Origin: Squalus acanthias
Lineage: Eukaryota
DNA: 64,000 bases
Assembly: GCA_030390025.1 (NCBI GenBank)
Contig: CM059438.1
Coordinates: 53,322,001 to 53,386,000, forward strand
Reading direction: 5' to 3'
Part shown: positions 11,728 through 23,740 of the stretch, in pieces
Position numbering within the stretch: position 1 is the first letter of the stretch
How the letters are laid out: each line of letters opens with the position of its first letter
Translations under genes and position numbers: made by a program
The notes under the pieces: generated by a model
The model's input: the letters and a program-made list of their open reading frames with translations, nothing else
Database searches by the model: none
What the model was told of the DNA's origin: nothing

Positions 11728-14700
11728 TTAGGAGGTGTGGACGAGACGGTGCGGCGGTCTGATGGGCCGGCCGGAGCGGCTCTTGTAGGACGCCGGTGGA
11801 CGTGGAATGGCCGGGCGTGGAGCAGCCAGGTGAACCGGCTTGAGGGCAGGTCGGCCGCGTGGCGGTGGACGAGCTACACCGGGCTCCGAGTGTGCTGGCT
11901 TGAGTCGGTCAACCGACACTTTTTCGGTCCTGTCGCCCACTTGCAGGATGAAAAATTTGTTCCCAGCCTGTTGCACCTTGTAGGGCCCGTCGTACGGGGG
12001 TTGAAGGGGTCCATGGTGGGCGTCGTGCCGGACGAAAACAAACCGTGCCTGGTGCAGGCTTAGTGGGACGTGTGAGGTGGATTTGCCGTGTCGGGCAATG
12101 GGCACCGGGGAGAACTGCAGCGCCGGTGAGGCGAAGTCGTGGCGTTGCTGGTTGGCTGACCAGGGTGTCGTGGCGGTGGGCAGGAACTCGCCGGGTACGC
12201 GCAGTGGCTGACCGTACACGAGCTCTGCTGCCGATGCGTGGAGGTCTTCTTTAACCGCGGTGCGCAGGCCGAGGAGGACCCACGGAAGTTGGTCGGTCCA
12301 GGCGCCGTCCTGGAGGCTGGCTCGAAGAGATGCCTTCAAGGATCTGTGGAACCGCTCACACAGTCCATTGGCTTGGGGGTGGTACGCTGTGGTGCGGTGA
12401 ATGGTCACCCCGAGATTGCGTGCGACGGCAGTTCAGAGGTAAATTGCGGACCTCTGTCCGACGTCATGTTGGAGGGGACGCCGAACCGTACGACCCAGGT
12501 GCTGACGAAGGCTCTGGCGATGTCGGCGGTGGTGGTAGAGGTCAGTGGAATTGCCTCGGGCCAGCGCGTGGTGCGGTCAACGATCGTCAGCAAGTGCGTG
12601 CGGCCTTGCGACGGCGGTAGGGGCCCGACGATGTCCACGTGGATGTGGTCGAATCTACGCGATGGGACGGTAAACTCCTCGAGGGGTGCTTTCGTGTGTT
12701 GCTGTACCTTGGCCCATTGGCAGGCTAGGCAGGAGTTGGCCCAAGTACGCACATCCTTGCGAAGGCCGCGCCAGACAAAGCGATTGGCTACCAATTTGAT
12801 GGATGCGCGGGCGCCGGGGTGAGAGAGGTTGTGGAGAATCTCGAATACCCGGCGGCGCCAGGATGCTGGGACGACGGGCCGAGGTTGACATAGGGATATG
12901 TCGCACTTGACCGTGACTGCGGTCGGGCCACAGGCGACGTCGGCCAGGCGTAGCCCTGGTAGGTTGGTAGGTGCGGAGAGCAGATCAGGGTCGGTGATCT
13001 GGTCTGCTGCGAGTTGAGCGTAGTCGACTGCCAGGTGTGCGGCGTGGATGGCGGGGCGGGAGAGGCAGTCGGCTACCACATTGTCTCGGCCGGAGACGTG
13101 TTGGATGTCCGTGGTGAAGTCGGACACTGCCGCGAGCTGGCGCTGCTGCCTGGCGGACCAGGGGTCGGTTGTCTTTGCCATTGCGAATGTCAGGGGCTTG
13201 TGGTCGACAAATGCAGTGAAGGGGTGGCCCGCCAGCAAAAACCGAAAATGGCGGACCGCCAGGAACAGCGCGAGCAGCTCGCGGTCAAAGGTGCTGTACT
13301 TGACCTCCGGGGGGCGTAGTTGGCGGCTGAAGAAGGCAAGTGGTTGCCAGGCGCCGTCGACCCACTGCTCATACACGGCACCGACCGCATGGTCGGAGGC
13401 GTCCGTGGTGAGCGCTACCCTGGCATTGGGCCGTGGGTGCGCGAGCAGGGTGGCGTTGGCGAGCGCGGTCTTGGTGGAGTCGAAGGCGGCGGACGCGTCT
13501 GCCGTCCATTTGACCACCATCTTGCCGCTCCTGCCCCGGAGGGCTTCATACAGGGGCCTCATGAGGGACGCCACTTTGGGGATGAAGCGGTTGTAGAAAT
13601 TCACCATCCCGAGGAACTCCTGGAGGCCTTTGATGGTGGTGGGGCGGGGAAATTGTTGGACGGCCTGCACCTTGGTGGGCAGGGGAATGGCCCCAGCATG
13701 GGTGATGTGGTGGCCGAGGAAGTCGATCTTGTCCAGGCCGAACTGACATTTGGCTGGGCTGAGGATGAGCCCGTGGTCGCTGAGGCGCCCGAACAGGATG
13801 CGAAGGTGTTCGAGGTGTTCCTGCTTGGAGGAACTGGCTACCAGGATGTCGTCCAGGTAGACGAACAGGAACTTCAGGTCCCGAAGGACCGAGTCCATGA
13901 GCCGTTGGAATGCCTGGGCCGCGTTTTTGAGGCCGAAGGGCATCCGCAGGAACTCAAACAGGCCGAAGGGGGTGATTACAGCCGTCTTGGGGACGTCCGC
14001 GGGGTGGACGGGGACTTGGTGGTAGCCGCGCACCAGGTCGACCTTGGAAAAGACTGAGCGGCTGGCCAGTCTAGCCGAGAAGTCCTGAATGTGCGGCACG
14101 GGGTACCGATCAGGGGTGGTGGTGTCATTGAGGCGGTGGTAATCCCCGTAGGGGTGCAAACCCCCGCCTGGTTTGGGGGCGATGTGGAGTGGGGAGGCCC
14201 GGGGACTGTTGGAGTGGCGGATGATGCTGAGCTGTTCCATGGTGGCAAACTCGGTCCGCGCGATCTCCAGTCTGTCTGGGTCCAGCCTGCGGGCGTGGGC
14301 GTACACTGGGGGGCCTGTGGTGGGGATGAAGTGTTCCACCCCGTGTTTGGCGGCCTCCGCGGAGAAGGTCGGATTGGTAAGGGCCGGGAATTCGTCCAGG
14401 AGTGCCGAGTAGTCATCCGTGGCCCGGGCATGGCACTGTGACGCCATGTCAGCGGGTTGACGGGGGGCCATGGCGCCCAGGATGGGGGACATGGTGTTCA
14501 TGTCCACGAGGCGGTGACGAGGGATGTCTACCAGTAGGCCGTGGGCACACAGGAAATCTGCGCCGATGAGAGGGGAGAGCACCTTGGCAGTGATGAACTC
14601 CCATCGGTGACCAGCGAGGTCGAGAGTGACTGTCCGGGTGCTGTACGTCCGGATTTCCGAGCCGTTAGCAGCAGCCAGCGCCGGTCCTCGTTCGCCCTTT

Positions 14701-15515
14701 TGGATGTTGAGGGAGGCGGCCGGGATGATGCTGTGCTGAGCTCCAGTGTCGCACAGGAACCGGCGGCCGTTTTTGTCATCCGTGACGTACAGCAGGGAGC
14801 CTGCGTGGCCCACGGCCATCGCGGGGGCTGGTACGGGGGCGGACTTGAAAGAGCAGGGAGGTGTGCACCGTTGTGCCCTGGCACCGAACCGTGCGTGGTA
14901 GTAACAGTGGCCCGGGTTAGTGGGGCGCAAAGGCCCCGTGGGCCTGGTGGCTGGTCCTTGTGGCCATGTGCTGGATGGTGAGGGGCGCGCCCAGGCATTG
15001 GCTGCCAGGTCCGGAGTGACGTCACGGCTGGAGTGAGCGGACAGCAGCTTGTCGGCCTCATCGGCCAGGGCTTCCAGGTTCGTGAGGCTGGACGCCACGA
15101 TCGCTGGGCGGATGCTGAGAGGTAGCTGGCGGATGAACAGCGTGCGGAAGAGGGATCCGGGTGGGCTCTCGTCGGTGAGGGAGAGCATGTGGGAGAGGAG
15201 GTCTGACAGTGAGGTATCACCGAGGCCCGGAAGGTCGAGGAGGTGGCAGTTTCGCTGGTATGCCGAGGCCGTAAATTTTTTAAGGAGCGCTGCCTTAAGA
15301 TGTGCGTACTTGCCTTCCTCTGGTGGGTTCTGCAGCGCTGTCCAAACCTTCGAAACTGTGGCGCTACCGAGTGATGTGATGAGGTAGTCGTACTGCGTCC
15401 CATCTGTGGTGATGTTTCGCAGCCGGAAGCGGGATTCAGCTTGGAGAAACCAGGCTTCGGGCTGGTTTTCCCAAAACTCCATCAGTTTCACGGAAACTGC
15501 ATTCGTGTCCGCCAT
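11728..15515 (-). pseudogene. gag-pol polyprotein with a frameshift in integrase (~12430)
   Basis: 1036-aa ORF has CYYH-x9-C-x3-C, protease DTG, RT YLDD, RNase H TDAS and integrase HHCC plus D,D. The 226-aa ORF supplies the catalytic E (GLCERFH) and the GPY motif. Confidence 0.92.
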
Positions 15516-15540
15516 TGCAGTGCTCGGAATACGTTCTGAG

Positions 15541-15554
15541 CGTCGGGGTCACCA
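15541..15554 (-). promoter_or_regulatory. Primer binding site complementary to the tRNA-Trp 3' end (TGGTGACCCCGACG)
   Basis: Plus-strand CGTCGGGGTCACCA equals the 3' terminus of vertebrate tRNA-Trp plus CCA; it lies 1 nt from the 5' LTR. Confidence 0.9.
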
Positions 15555-15555
15555 A

Positions 15556-15787
15556 TGTTGAGGCTGCCGCGAAACACGAATTAAGACTGAATCCATGTGT
15601 GGAAAACAAAAGCTTTTTAATACCACTGCATGGTCCAAAATGGCTGAAACAAACTGCTCCCAGAATTCTCTGGAAAAATCCTGAGGCCCCGCCCACTCCT
15701 TTTCTCCTGCCTTAAAGGCAAGGTGCTCGATATATTGTCCACGGACGGAAAAGTGGATAATACCCGTTTAGGTGGCGATCCGCCACA
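15556..15787 (-). repeat. 5' LTR (232 bp)
   Basis: Direct repeat of 11460-11707, followed on the minus strand by the PBS. Confidence 0.95.
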
Positions 15788-16503
15788 GTGTCATAGTTGA
15801 CCACAAGATGAGCTTCCAACCACATATCTGCGCCATCATTAAGATCGCCTACTTCCAACTCTGTAACATCGCCCGACTCCGCCCTTGCCTTAGCTCATCT
15901 GCTGCTGGAACCCTCACCCATGCCTTTGTTACCTCCAGACTTGACTATTCCAATGCACTCCTGGTCAGTCTCCCACTCTCTACCCTCCGTAATCCAAAAC
16001 TCGGCTGCCCGTGTCCTAACTCGCACCAAGTCCTGTTCACCCATCACCCCTGTGCTCGCTGACCTACATTGCCTCCCAGTTAAGCAATGCCTCGATTTTA
16101 AAATTCTCATCCTTGTTTTCGAATCCCTCCATGGCCTTGCCCCTCCCTATCTCTGTACTCTCCTCCAGCCTTACAACTCTCTGAGATATCTGCATTCCTC
16201 TAATTCTGCCCTCTTAAGCGTCCCCAATTTTAATTGTTCCACCATTGGTGGCCGTGCCTTCAGCTGCCTGGGCCCTAAGCTCTGGAATTCCATCCCTAAA
16301 CCTCTCCGCCTCTCTACATGCCTTTCTTCCTTTAAGACGCTCCTTAAAACCTACCTCTTTGACCAAGCTTTTGGTCACCTGCCCTAATATCTCCTTATGT
16401 GGCTCTGTGTCACATTTTGTTTTAGAATGCTCCTGTGAACCGCCTTGGGATGTTTTGCTACATTGAGGGCGCTATATAAATACAAGTTGCTGTTGTTGTT
16501 GTT
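15788..16503 (+). mobile_element. L2-clade LINE 3' portion with (TGT)n tail
   Basis: SRLDYSN, QNSAARVLT, ITPVLADLH and LKTYLF motifs; 3' UTR GGCGCTATATAAAT followed by (GTT)n. Confidence 0.88.
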
Positions 16504-17314
16504 AGCACAATCTATCGGCAAGAGCCACAAGTCAGCATCAAACTTTATAACAGGACAGCTCCATAGAAAACAACGGCAACTTGCCAGGATATGAAGTCCA
16601 TGGATAGAGTTAATGGTGCAAAGCCTCAAGTGAGGAGAAACGGTTGGGAATTCAGGCACTGAGGCCCACGCAGCTTCCCACCTATTGCCAGGACTGGTGA
16701 TCAGGCAATCCCCAGGAGGCCCCAAACCTGTTAGTTTTAATCCAAAATCTTACCTTCCTTCTGCCAGGATCTGGTCATTTTCTAAAAAACTGCGCCCGCC
16801 CCTTCTTGAAGGACCGGCAAAGAGTCAGCCCTCACCAGCACCACATCCTATTCCACAGGCCGACCACCCTGTGAGGACAGTAAAAGCTCCCCACACCCAG
16901 TCTCACTCCCTGCTTCCTCAGGTTAGACGGGAGGCCCTAGCTCTGCCCGGCCCCATCGCCCCAAACACTCTATCTGCCCATCTGTCCGCACTGGATTTGT
17001 ACATTGCCCTGAGGGTGTGAGATTGTGCAGATTAGCAGAAGATGATGGGTAAGGAAAGGTCAAGGACTGTGCTGGAGCTGGTTTGGGTCACTTTATGTTG
17101 TACATGTGGAAGGGACAGTTGTGTAAAGTAGCGGCTGAGGCACTTAGCCTACTGTACCTTGTCAGAGTGTCTCAGCCTTCAGTCTGCCCAGTGACACTGG
17201 GATTTACGGAGCTGCATGCTCACCATTGGTGTCTGCCTCCTGCTGTGGCATCGGTTCCGGATCGACCTAACTCCTCCATGGTCAAGCCTCCTTGCAGCCG
17301 ATGACAATAATCTT

Positions 17315-17575
17315 GGCAGGAAGAGAAGTCATTGCTGGAGATTCTCTGGCTATGACTGAATAGGTAACAGTGGAACCAGGCGAGTGCAGTCCCACCCAGC
17401 TGGACAATGGAGGAGAGGCGTTGGAGGAGGATGGTGTGGTCAACCGTGTCAAAGGCTGCAGACAGGTCGAGGAGATCGAGGAGGGATAGTTCACCACAGT
17501 CACAGTCACGGGCTTTTAGTGACTTTGGTTAGCGCTGCTTCAGTGGTATGGAAACTTGGTTGGAGGGATTCAATG
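17315..17575 (-). mobile_element. L2 LINE RT fragment
   Basis: Minus strand translates [19 protein letters not shown]...ALAWF. Confidence 0.8.
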
Positions 17576-18184
17576 TATGAATCTTAAAAGAGATAGAGAC
17601 ATGGAAATGGCTTGACAGCCATTGGCAGTGCCATCCGTATGTTGAATGCTGCCTGTAGGAGGAGGCTCAGCTCTGCCACTGTCTCCTTCTTAAACTCCAG
17701 CCTTGGGATGTAGTGCTCCTCACTCATTGCCAGCTAGCTGTGCACGTATACCCAACGAGTGGTAGTGATGAAGGAAAGGGGGATAAAGGGATGTGGGAAC
17801 AAGACAAGCCCATGGGATTAGGATACAGCCCTTGTGGAGAGAAACACCAACAGGGACTGGCTGGGTTGAATGGCCTGTTTCCGTGCTGTAATTTCTGTGT
17901 AAGTAGTCTTTGGTGCTCCCAAGATCTCCGGCATTGGGTAGAAAAGCACACAGGGTGTTCTATGCTCCAGGCCCAATGTTCCGGGACACGCCCAGCAAGC
18001 AATGGTTCTACACTAGTGACTAACAGTGGAAAACTACCCCAGGGCATTGCTTTCCAATAGATCCTATTGGTCAAAAGTGGTTGAGTGGGCAGACAACGCC
18101 CATTCCAATGAACAATTCCTTGCAGTCACCAAAATGTAAGAAGTCGCACAACACCAGGTTATAGTCCAACAGTTTTATTTGAAA

Positions 18185-18221
18185 TCACAAGCTTTCGGAG
18201 CGCTGCTCCTTCGTCAGGTGA
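18185..18221 (-). ncRNA. Minimal type I hammerhead ribozyme motif (inverted copy)
   Basis: Reverse complement reads TCAC-CTGACGA-A-GGAGC[AGC]GCTCC-GAAA-GC-TT-GTGA. Confidence 0.75.
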
Positions 18222-18477
18222 AGTGAAGAAATACAAATGGGCACAGCATATATAGTCAGAGAACAATGCCTGTGTAGAGAACAATGCCAGACGACTACAG
18301 TCAAATCCAACCAGGGCAATCAGTCAGGACTGACTGACCTGTTTGGACACCATCCACACCTTTGATTGCCGTGATTGTCTTTCTGCCGAGGTGTGATAAA
18401 GGGCAGTTAGAAAGATTAACTGTAGTCGTCTGGCATTGTTCTCTAATATATGCTGTGCCCATTTGTATTTCTTCACT

Positions 18478-18515
18478 TCACCTGACGAAGGAGCAGCAGC
18501 TCCGAAAGCTTGTGA
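18478..18515 (+). ncRNA. Minimal type I hammerhead ribozyme motif
   Basis: TCAC-CTGACGA-A-GGAGC[AGCA]GCTCC-GAAA-GC-TT-GTGA: CUGANGA and GAAA cores, 5-bp stem II, TCAC/GTGA stem I, palindromic AGCT at stem III. Confidence 0.75.
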
Positions 18516-18624
18516 TTTCAAATAAAACTGTTGGACTATAACCTGGTGTTGTGCGACTTCTCACTTTTGTCCACCCCAGTCCAACACCGGCATCTCCACA
18601 TCATGGCCAAAATGTAAAGGGAAG

Positions 18625-18815
18625 GAAAGAACCTGCATTTATAAAGAGCTTTATCACCTCTTCAGGTGGCCTCACAGCCAATGAAATACTTTTGAAGTGT
18701 AGCCACTGTTGTTATGTAGCGAAATGTGGCAGCCAATTTGTGCACAGCAAGCTCCCATTAACAGCAATGAGATAAATGACCAGCTAATCGGTTCTTGTTG
18801 CTGTTGGTTGAGGAT
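18625..18815 (-). mobile_element. Deu-domain SINE (SacSINE1-like) 3' fragment
   Basis: Matches the tail half of the full copy at 39688-40151. Confidence 0.7.
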
Positions 18816-18980
18816 AGAAAGAGAGAGTGATCGAGCGAGAGAGAAAGAGAAATAAAAATAGAAAGAGAAATAGGAGATAGAGAGAGATCGAGAGTGAGAG
18901 AAATACAGATAGCGAGAGATAGAAAGAGAGAAATAGAAATAGAGAGAGAGAAAGAAATAGAGATAGAAAGAGAGGGAGAA
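18816..18980. repeat. AG-rich low-complexity tract
   Basis: Degenerate AGAG/ATAG/AAAG repeats. Confidence 0.85.
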
Positions 18981-19272
18981 AGTCCCTCTCAAAATGTATC
19001 TCCAATTTCACGGCACAAGACTTGGGGCTTCTCTGAGATGTTTATCAACATCTTAATTTGTGCAGATGTAGAGGGCCACAGTGTGACCCCAGTTCAGGTA
19101 CAGCTGAAGAGAGTGTGTGGTTCAAAGTGCATTCAGCCTCAACCCACTGCAGTGTTTCTAGGGCCCCACCATATCCCGACGCCCTCCCCTAATACTCCCA
19201 GGCCCCGACTGGAGTTCCCCAGGCCCCCATTCTAATGTCCCCAGACCTTCCTCCTTGGTGTTCCCAGATCCT

Positions 19273-19763
19273 GGGTAGAAATTAGTCTCGGCCCGTTTCT
19301 GGGGTGCTTGCTTCTCCGGCAATAGCCCTCGGGTAGTTCAGGAGGAGGGGTTGTAGCGGGTTACAGGGTTGGGGGGTGGGGGGTGGAGGATGGCCCCTGT
19401 GCAGTCGGGGAACCACTGCTGCTCCTCCTGGCTCCACAGGAAGGTGGTTTTGAGAAAACAAAAATCTCAAAAACCTGCGTTTGGCTGGTGGCTGCGGGAC
19501 CACTGAAGACTCCTGAGCAGGGAAGACCCTTTACCTCAGGAGGTGACCAATGTGTCAAAGGGATTCTTAAACAGGCATTAGGCTCCCTCATTTACATATT
19601 CAAGAGGCCTAACGCCTGTTTTAGGCGTCCCAAAAATAGGGCGCAACGAATTTGGTAGTGGGTGCAATTGGATGCAGGCTGTCCCACTGCTAAATTGTTA
19701 TACAGTACTTTGCACCCATTTCACGCTCAAAAAATGGGCACAACACATACCAATTTTTACCCC
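19273..19763. mobile_element. Probable Harbinger-type MITE
   Basis: Termini GGGTAGAAATT and AATTTTTACCC resemble those of the neighbouring MITEs; TSD not clear. Confidence 0.5.
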
Positions 19764-20711
19764 CCCCAAGTCCCCCTGCCCCCACAAGGCTCCCAGCCCT
19801 CCTCACTGAGTCCTAGCAGGCCCCAGGCTCTGCTCTGCTCCCAAGCCCTAACTTCACTAATGGACTGTCTCTCCATACACAGCAGCAAATGGTATTTTTG
19901 CAGTTTGGCTCACTCACATGTGGTCTGCTGTCCTGGCTACACTGAGTGTTTACCAAATGTTTTCTTTCACCTCTGCAACCTGCATTTTATTCCAGAGCCA
20001 GGAGATAGGACCAAAATCTTTTGTTTCTCAGCCTCCTTGCCAGGCCACAGCGCAATCTCCCCCGAATTCACAACTAATTGGGCTGGGCTTGGAAAGCACC
20101 CTCAGAGCTCAGATTGGAAAGCTCCACTGCGGCACTCCAGGATGTTCCACCAAGGTCAGGGTTCTGAAGTGCTGTCAGAGTGATGGAAGTGCAATGGCCA
20201 GAAACAAGATGTGTCATTTGGCTGCGGGTGAATGCCTGAGTGTAACATAAACCTATCTCTTCCCTGAGTTAGTGGTTTTCCATGCTGATCTAAATGAGCA
20301 AAGATAAACAATATCTCTTTGCATTTGTTTGTAAAGTGTTATTTTTGGTTTGTGCCATGCTTTTGTACTACAAATATTTCATTCTGGAGTGATTGCTATG
20401 GGAATAAAATCTCTAAAAGCTGAGGTGAAATGAAGGTGACAGGGCCGTTGCCAAGGTGACCTATGAACTCATCGGTGGCGGCATAGGCAAAGATAGGTTA
20501 TTGGGACTTTGAGATATACTTGGATTTAAGCAGAATAGAATCAAAGAAATTTCAGCACGGAAAGAAACTATTCGGCCTATTGAGCCGTCTAACTTATCCT
20601 AACGCTTTCCTCACACTCTTTAATACCTTTCTCCTTCAAGTGTTTATCTGATTTCCCCTTTAAATGCTATGACTGACATGGCTTCAATAGGCCCTTGTGG
20701 CGATGCATTCC

Positions 20712-21477
20712 GGCCCAGAAATTAGGCTCCCTGGCTTCCCGCGGGTGCAAGGATCACGCGCGCACCTACCTACCGCGCCTGCCGTTGACCTCTGGGCCCA
20801 CGGGGACTTCGGCTCCTGGGCCTCCTGCAGCTGCCGGCGCGCAGTGCTTGCGTGTCCCAGGGGCGTAGTTAGTGCAATGCGTCCCCTGGGATCACGTGGG
20901 CCATGGAGAGCCAATGGCAGCAGACCATCTTTCATTCATAGATTTGACAGGAGACCTGTCAAATCTATGAATACAAATCGGCCCCAAAACCTCCCTAAAA
21001 CTACAAATAATTTTTTTAAAAAACATCACATTTTTAAAATAACTATAAATTATATTAATTAACTATTTTAAACAAAAATGTAAATTTTTGAAAAAATTAA
21101 TTACATTTTTTAACGGGGCTAAAACTAAACTTACCTTTCTTTAAAGTAATTAAAAAAGATAAATCTGTGAAAAAAATGTTTAATTTTTAATAAAATCAAC
21201 ACTTACCTTGTTAAAAGAAGGCCTTGCGCCTCCTTTTTAAAAGTGTATCTTCTCCGTGCTTACCTTCACGGAGGAACCTGTAAAAAAAACCCGAAGTGCA
21301 AGGCGAACGCGCTGGCCCTCCGGCGTGCGCGTTCGACCTCTGAACCCCTTTCCTCAGGGGAACGGAAGTGTCGGTTTCCCGCGCATGCGCAGTGCATGCA
21401 AGAAACCGGCACTTTCGTTCCGTCCACGGGTGAGTACACAGTGCGTACTCACCCGACAACAGCCGAATTTCTGCCCC
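20712..21477. mobile_element. PIF/Harbinger-type MITE with internal hairpins
   Basis: TIRs GGCCCAGAAATT and AATTTCTGCCCC (10/12), TCC on both flanks, AT-rich centre, perfect 18-bp hairpin at 20934-20972. Confidence 0.7.
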
Positions 21478-21769
21478 TCCATGTTTTGTGTGTAAATCTT
21501 CAGGGATTATCCCCAGTCAATGTCCCTCCCCTTGTCACCGATTCACCAACCGGTGCAGACAATCTTTCACTATTCACCCCTCAGCCTTTCACAGTTTCGA
21601 AGCCCTCCATTGGATCACCTTTAACTGTTGTTTCCCAGTGGACACAGTAACATTGAGAGGCTCAAATGGGATTTGAATTTAGACTGTCTGGTTTGGAAGA
21701 CCAGTTATTCTCTGAGCAGCGGTGACACAGAGCGTAAGGAGGTTGTGGGCAGGCTGTTGAGAAGGTGAA

Positions 21770-22110
21770 TTGTAAAAGATTCCTGCCATTGATTAGTGAA
21801 TTGGTAACAAGGGGGCACAGACTGAGGATTTTCATGAGAAGAATGAAGGGGCAGTTAGAAGAAAAGTTTTCACACAGGGTTATTAGAACAGGGAATGTTT
21901 CACCACAAGAGGCTACTGAGGCAGAGATTGTAACATCCTTTAAAAGGAAATTGGATAAGGAAGAATATAAAAGGATATGGGGAACTGCAGGGAAACAGTA
22001 GAGTTGAAGAGCACTGGCATGGGGCAATGGGCCGAATGGCCTTGCTCCAGCCATCATGGTGTGAGGCAGGCTTGAAGGTCTTTACCTGCCCATCATATGT
22101 TGATATGTTC
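21770..22110 (+). mobile_element. Old CR1 3' fragment
   Basis: TRGHRLRI...FSHRVI...FKRKLD C-terminal motif and a GGGCCGAATGGCC 3' UTR. Confidence 0.65.
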
Positions 22111-22540
22111 TGTAATTTCTATGATAATATGAGCAGTAGGTCTGGTATTGAGAATACACTGAGGGTAGCCTGCTCGAGGATACGTCTTCAATTTATTTAA
22201 TGTATCCTCCCATTTATATTGAGGACAGATAGGACCTATTTTAGGACCGATTTTAATCAGACTCACACTTACAGGTCATCAGCAGCTGACCTGTTTTAAT
22301 TTGATAATTTGTTATTAATTTGTGCCCAGTACACTATTTAGGATAACTTTTCAATTTCTATGATTCATCAGACTGATAGGGGACAAAATTAAGTGATTTT
22401 TAAGAAGTACATTTTTTTAACAAACATCTGTAATGTAAAAGCTAATAATAAAGAACAGGTGTTTGATTGATTCCAAATACAAGGGCAGCAGATGGTCTAT
22501 ACTTGGAGATATTGCTGTCAGTGGTGAGCAGAGACACTTA

Positions 22541-23652
22541 GGGGGCGATTTCCCCCCGATACTTTAGACACTAAAGAGCCTCCGAGGTGGCCAAGATGGG
22601 GTCTTGAGCTGAAACGCCGGTTTAGCCCACGTTTAACGCAAGATGCCATCTTAGTAAAGGAGTTGAAACTTGCACTAGGAACGGGCGCCCGGAGGATCGT
22701 TAAGGGGCTGATTGCCACTTAAATTGCCTGCTGGCGTTCATTAACGAGGCTGCGTTGGATTTTGATGGATAGCGCTTAACCCAAAGCCCTCTCCTAACAG
22801 CGACCAGATAATTGGGAGTAAACACGTTGTTGCGCTACTGAAACCTGTATCACCTTTTACTGTTCACTTGCTGCTGGAGGTTTGAAGAGGGCTTTGGAAA
22901 CACATTGGGAGACTTTCTGGGACTCTTTGTCAAGACTTCACCAACACTCTATCAACATTTATTCGGAAATTCTCTGAGGACTTCACCTAAAGAGAGCGAG
23001 TGCTGTGCTACTCGACCTTATTGGACACCTTATAGGAGTCACCAGGAGAAAGGGAGTGCTTTGTCACGGGCATCTAGCTAGGGGTCCCACTTGGTCTGGA
23101 GGAGGAATGGGAGGAGGATACGAGGCCAGGCAGAGCAGCACCAACTGCTGCAGGAGAGGGGGACAGGAGGGCGAGGTGGACTCCTCCCCCCCGTGGGTAC
23201 AGGACATCCCTCCTGCTCTGGACCTCCTCCACTCGTGCCTCCAGTGCCGTGTCCGAGAAACTCTACACCCTCTCACTCGGTCCCTGATCCATCCTGAAAC
23301 CTGCCGCTATCTGTCAGTCAGCAGAATCCATACCTTCAGTGGAAGTGGGTGCGTGGAGCCCACATATCGAAGAAAGAAAGACTTGCATTTATATAGCGCC
23401 TTTCATGATCACCGGACGACTCAAAGCGCTTTACAGCCAATGAAGTACTTTTGAAATGGAGTCACTGTTGTAAATACTGCTCCACAAAAATTGCGTCTAA
23501 TCAGCTAAACCTGCAGGTGTCTGTTTTAGCCTCCAGGCAAATTCAAATTATGGTAATCAGCAATTAGGACCAAAATTGCAGCTAAAACCAGACTTTCAAA
23601 CAGGCGTGCCTCATTTAGCGCCAGTTTTCACACTTTCAACAAAATAACACCC
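22541..23652. mobile_element. Non-autonomous PIF/Harbinger element, with a SINE 3' fragment inside (~23373-23475)
   Basis: TTA on both flanks (22538-22540, 23653-23655); imperfect TIRs GGGGGCGATTT and AAATAACACCC. Confidence 0.6.
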
Positions 23653-23740
23653 TTAGTTCTTCTCAGCAAGTCTAGTTTTCTGGAGTTCTGGATGTACATA
23701 GCTTACATAGACATGGGCCATCAAACCTGCGATAGATATG

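Larger units (their letters stand above)
11460..15787 (-). mobile_element. Full-length Ty3/Gypsy LTR retrotransposon, CsRn1-like clade
   Basis: LTRs at 11460-11707 and 15556-15787 (TG...CA). GTGT TSD at 11456-11459 and 15788-15791. tRNA-Trp PBS, polypurine tract, and gag-PR-RT-RH-IN order. Confidence 0.96.
18140..18606. mobile_element. Non-autonomous Penelope-like element remnant with inverted pLTR arms
   Basis: Arms at ~18140-18304 and ~18416-18562 are inverted copies. An 11-bp direct repeat CCAAAATGTAA (18129-18139, 18607-18617) is the likely TSD. Confidence 0.8.

Noticed and set aside
11692..15387. Many plus-strand and alternate-frame ORFs within the LTR element
   Set aside because: Shadow ORFs expected in GC-rich coding DNA; no recognisable domains or env-like features.
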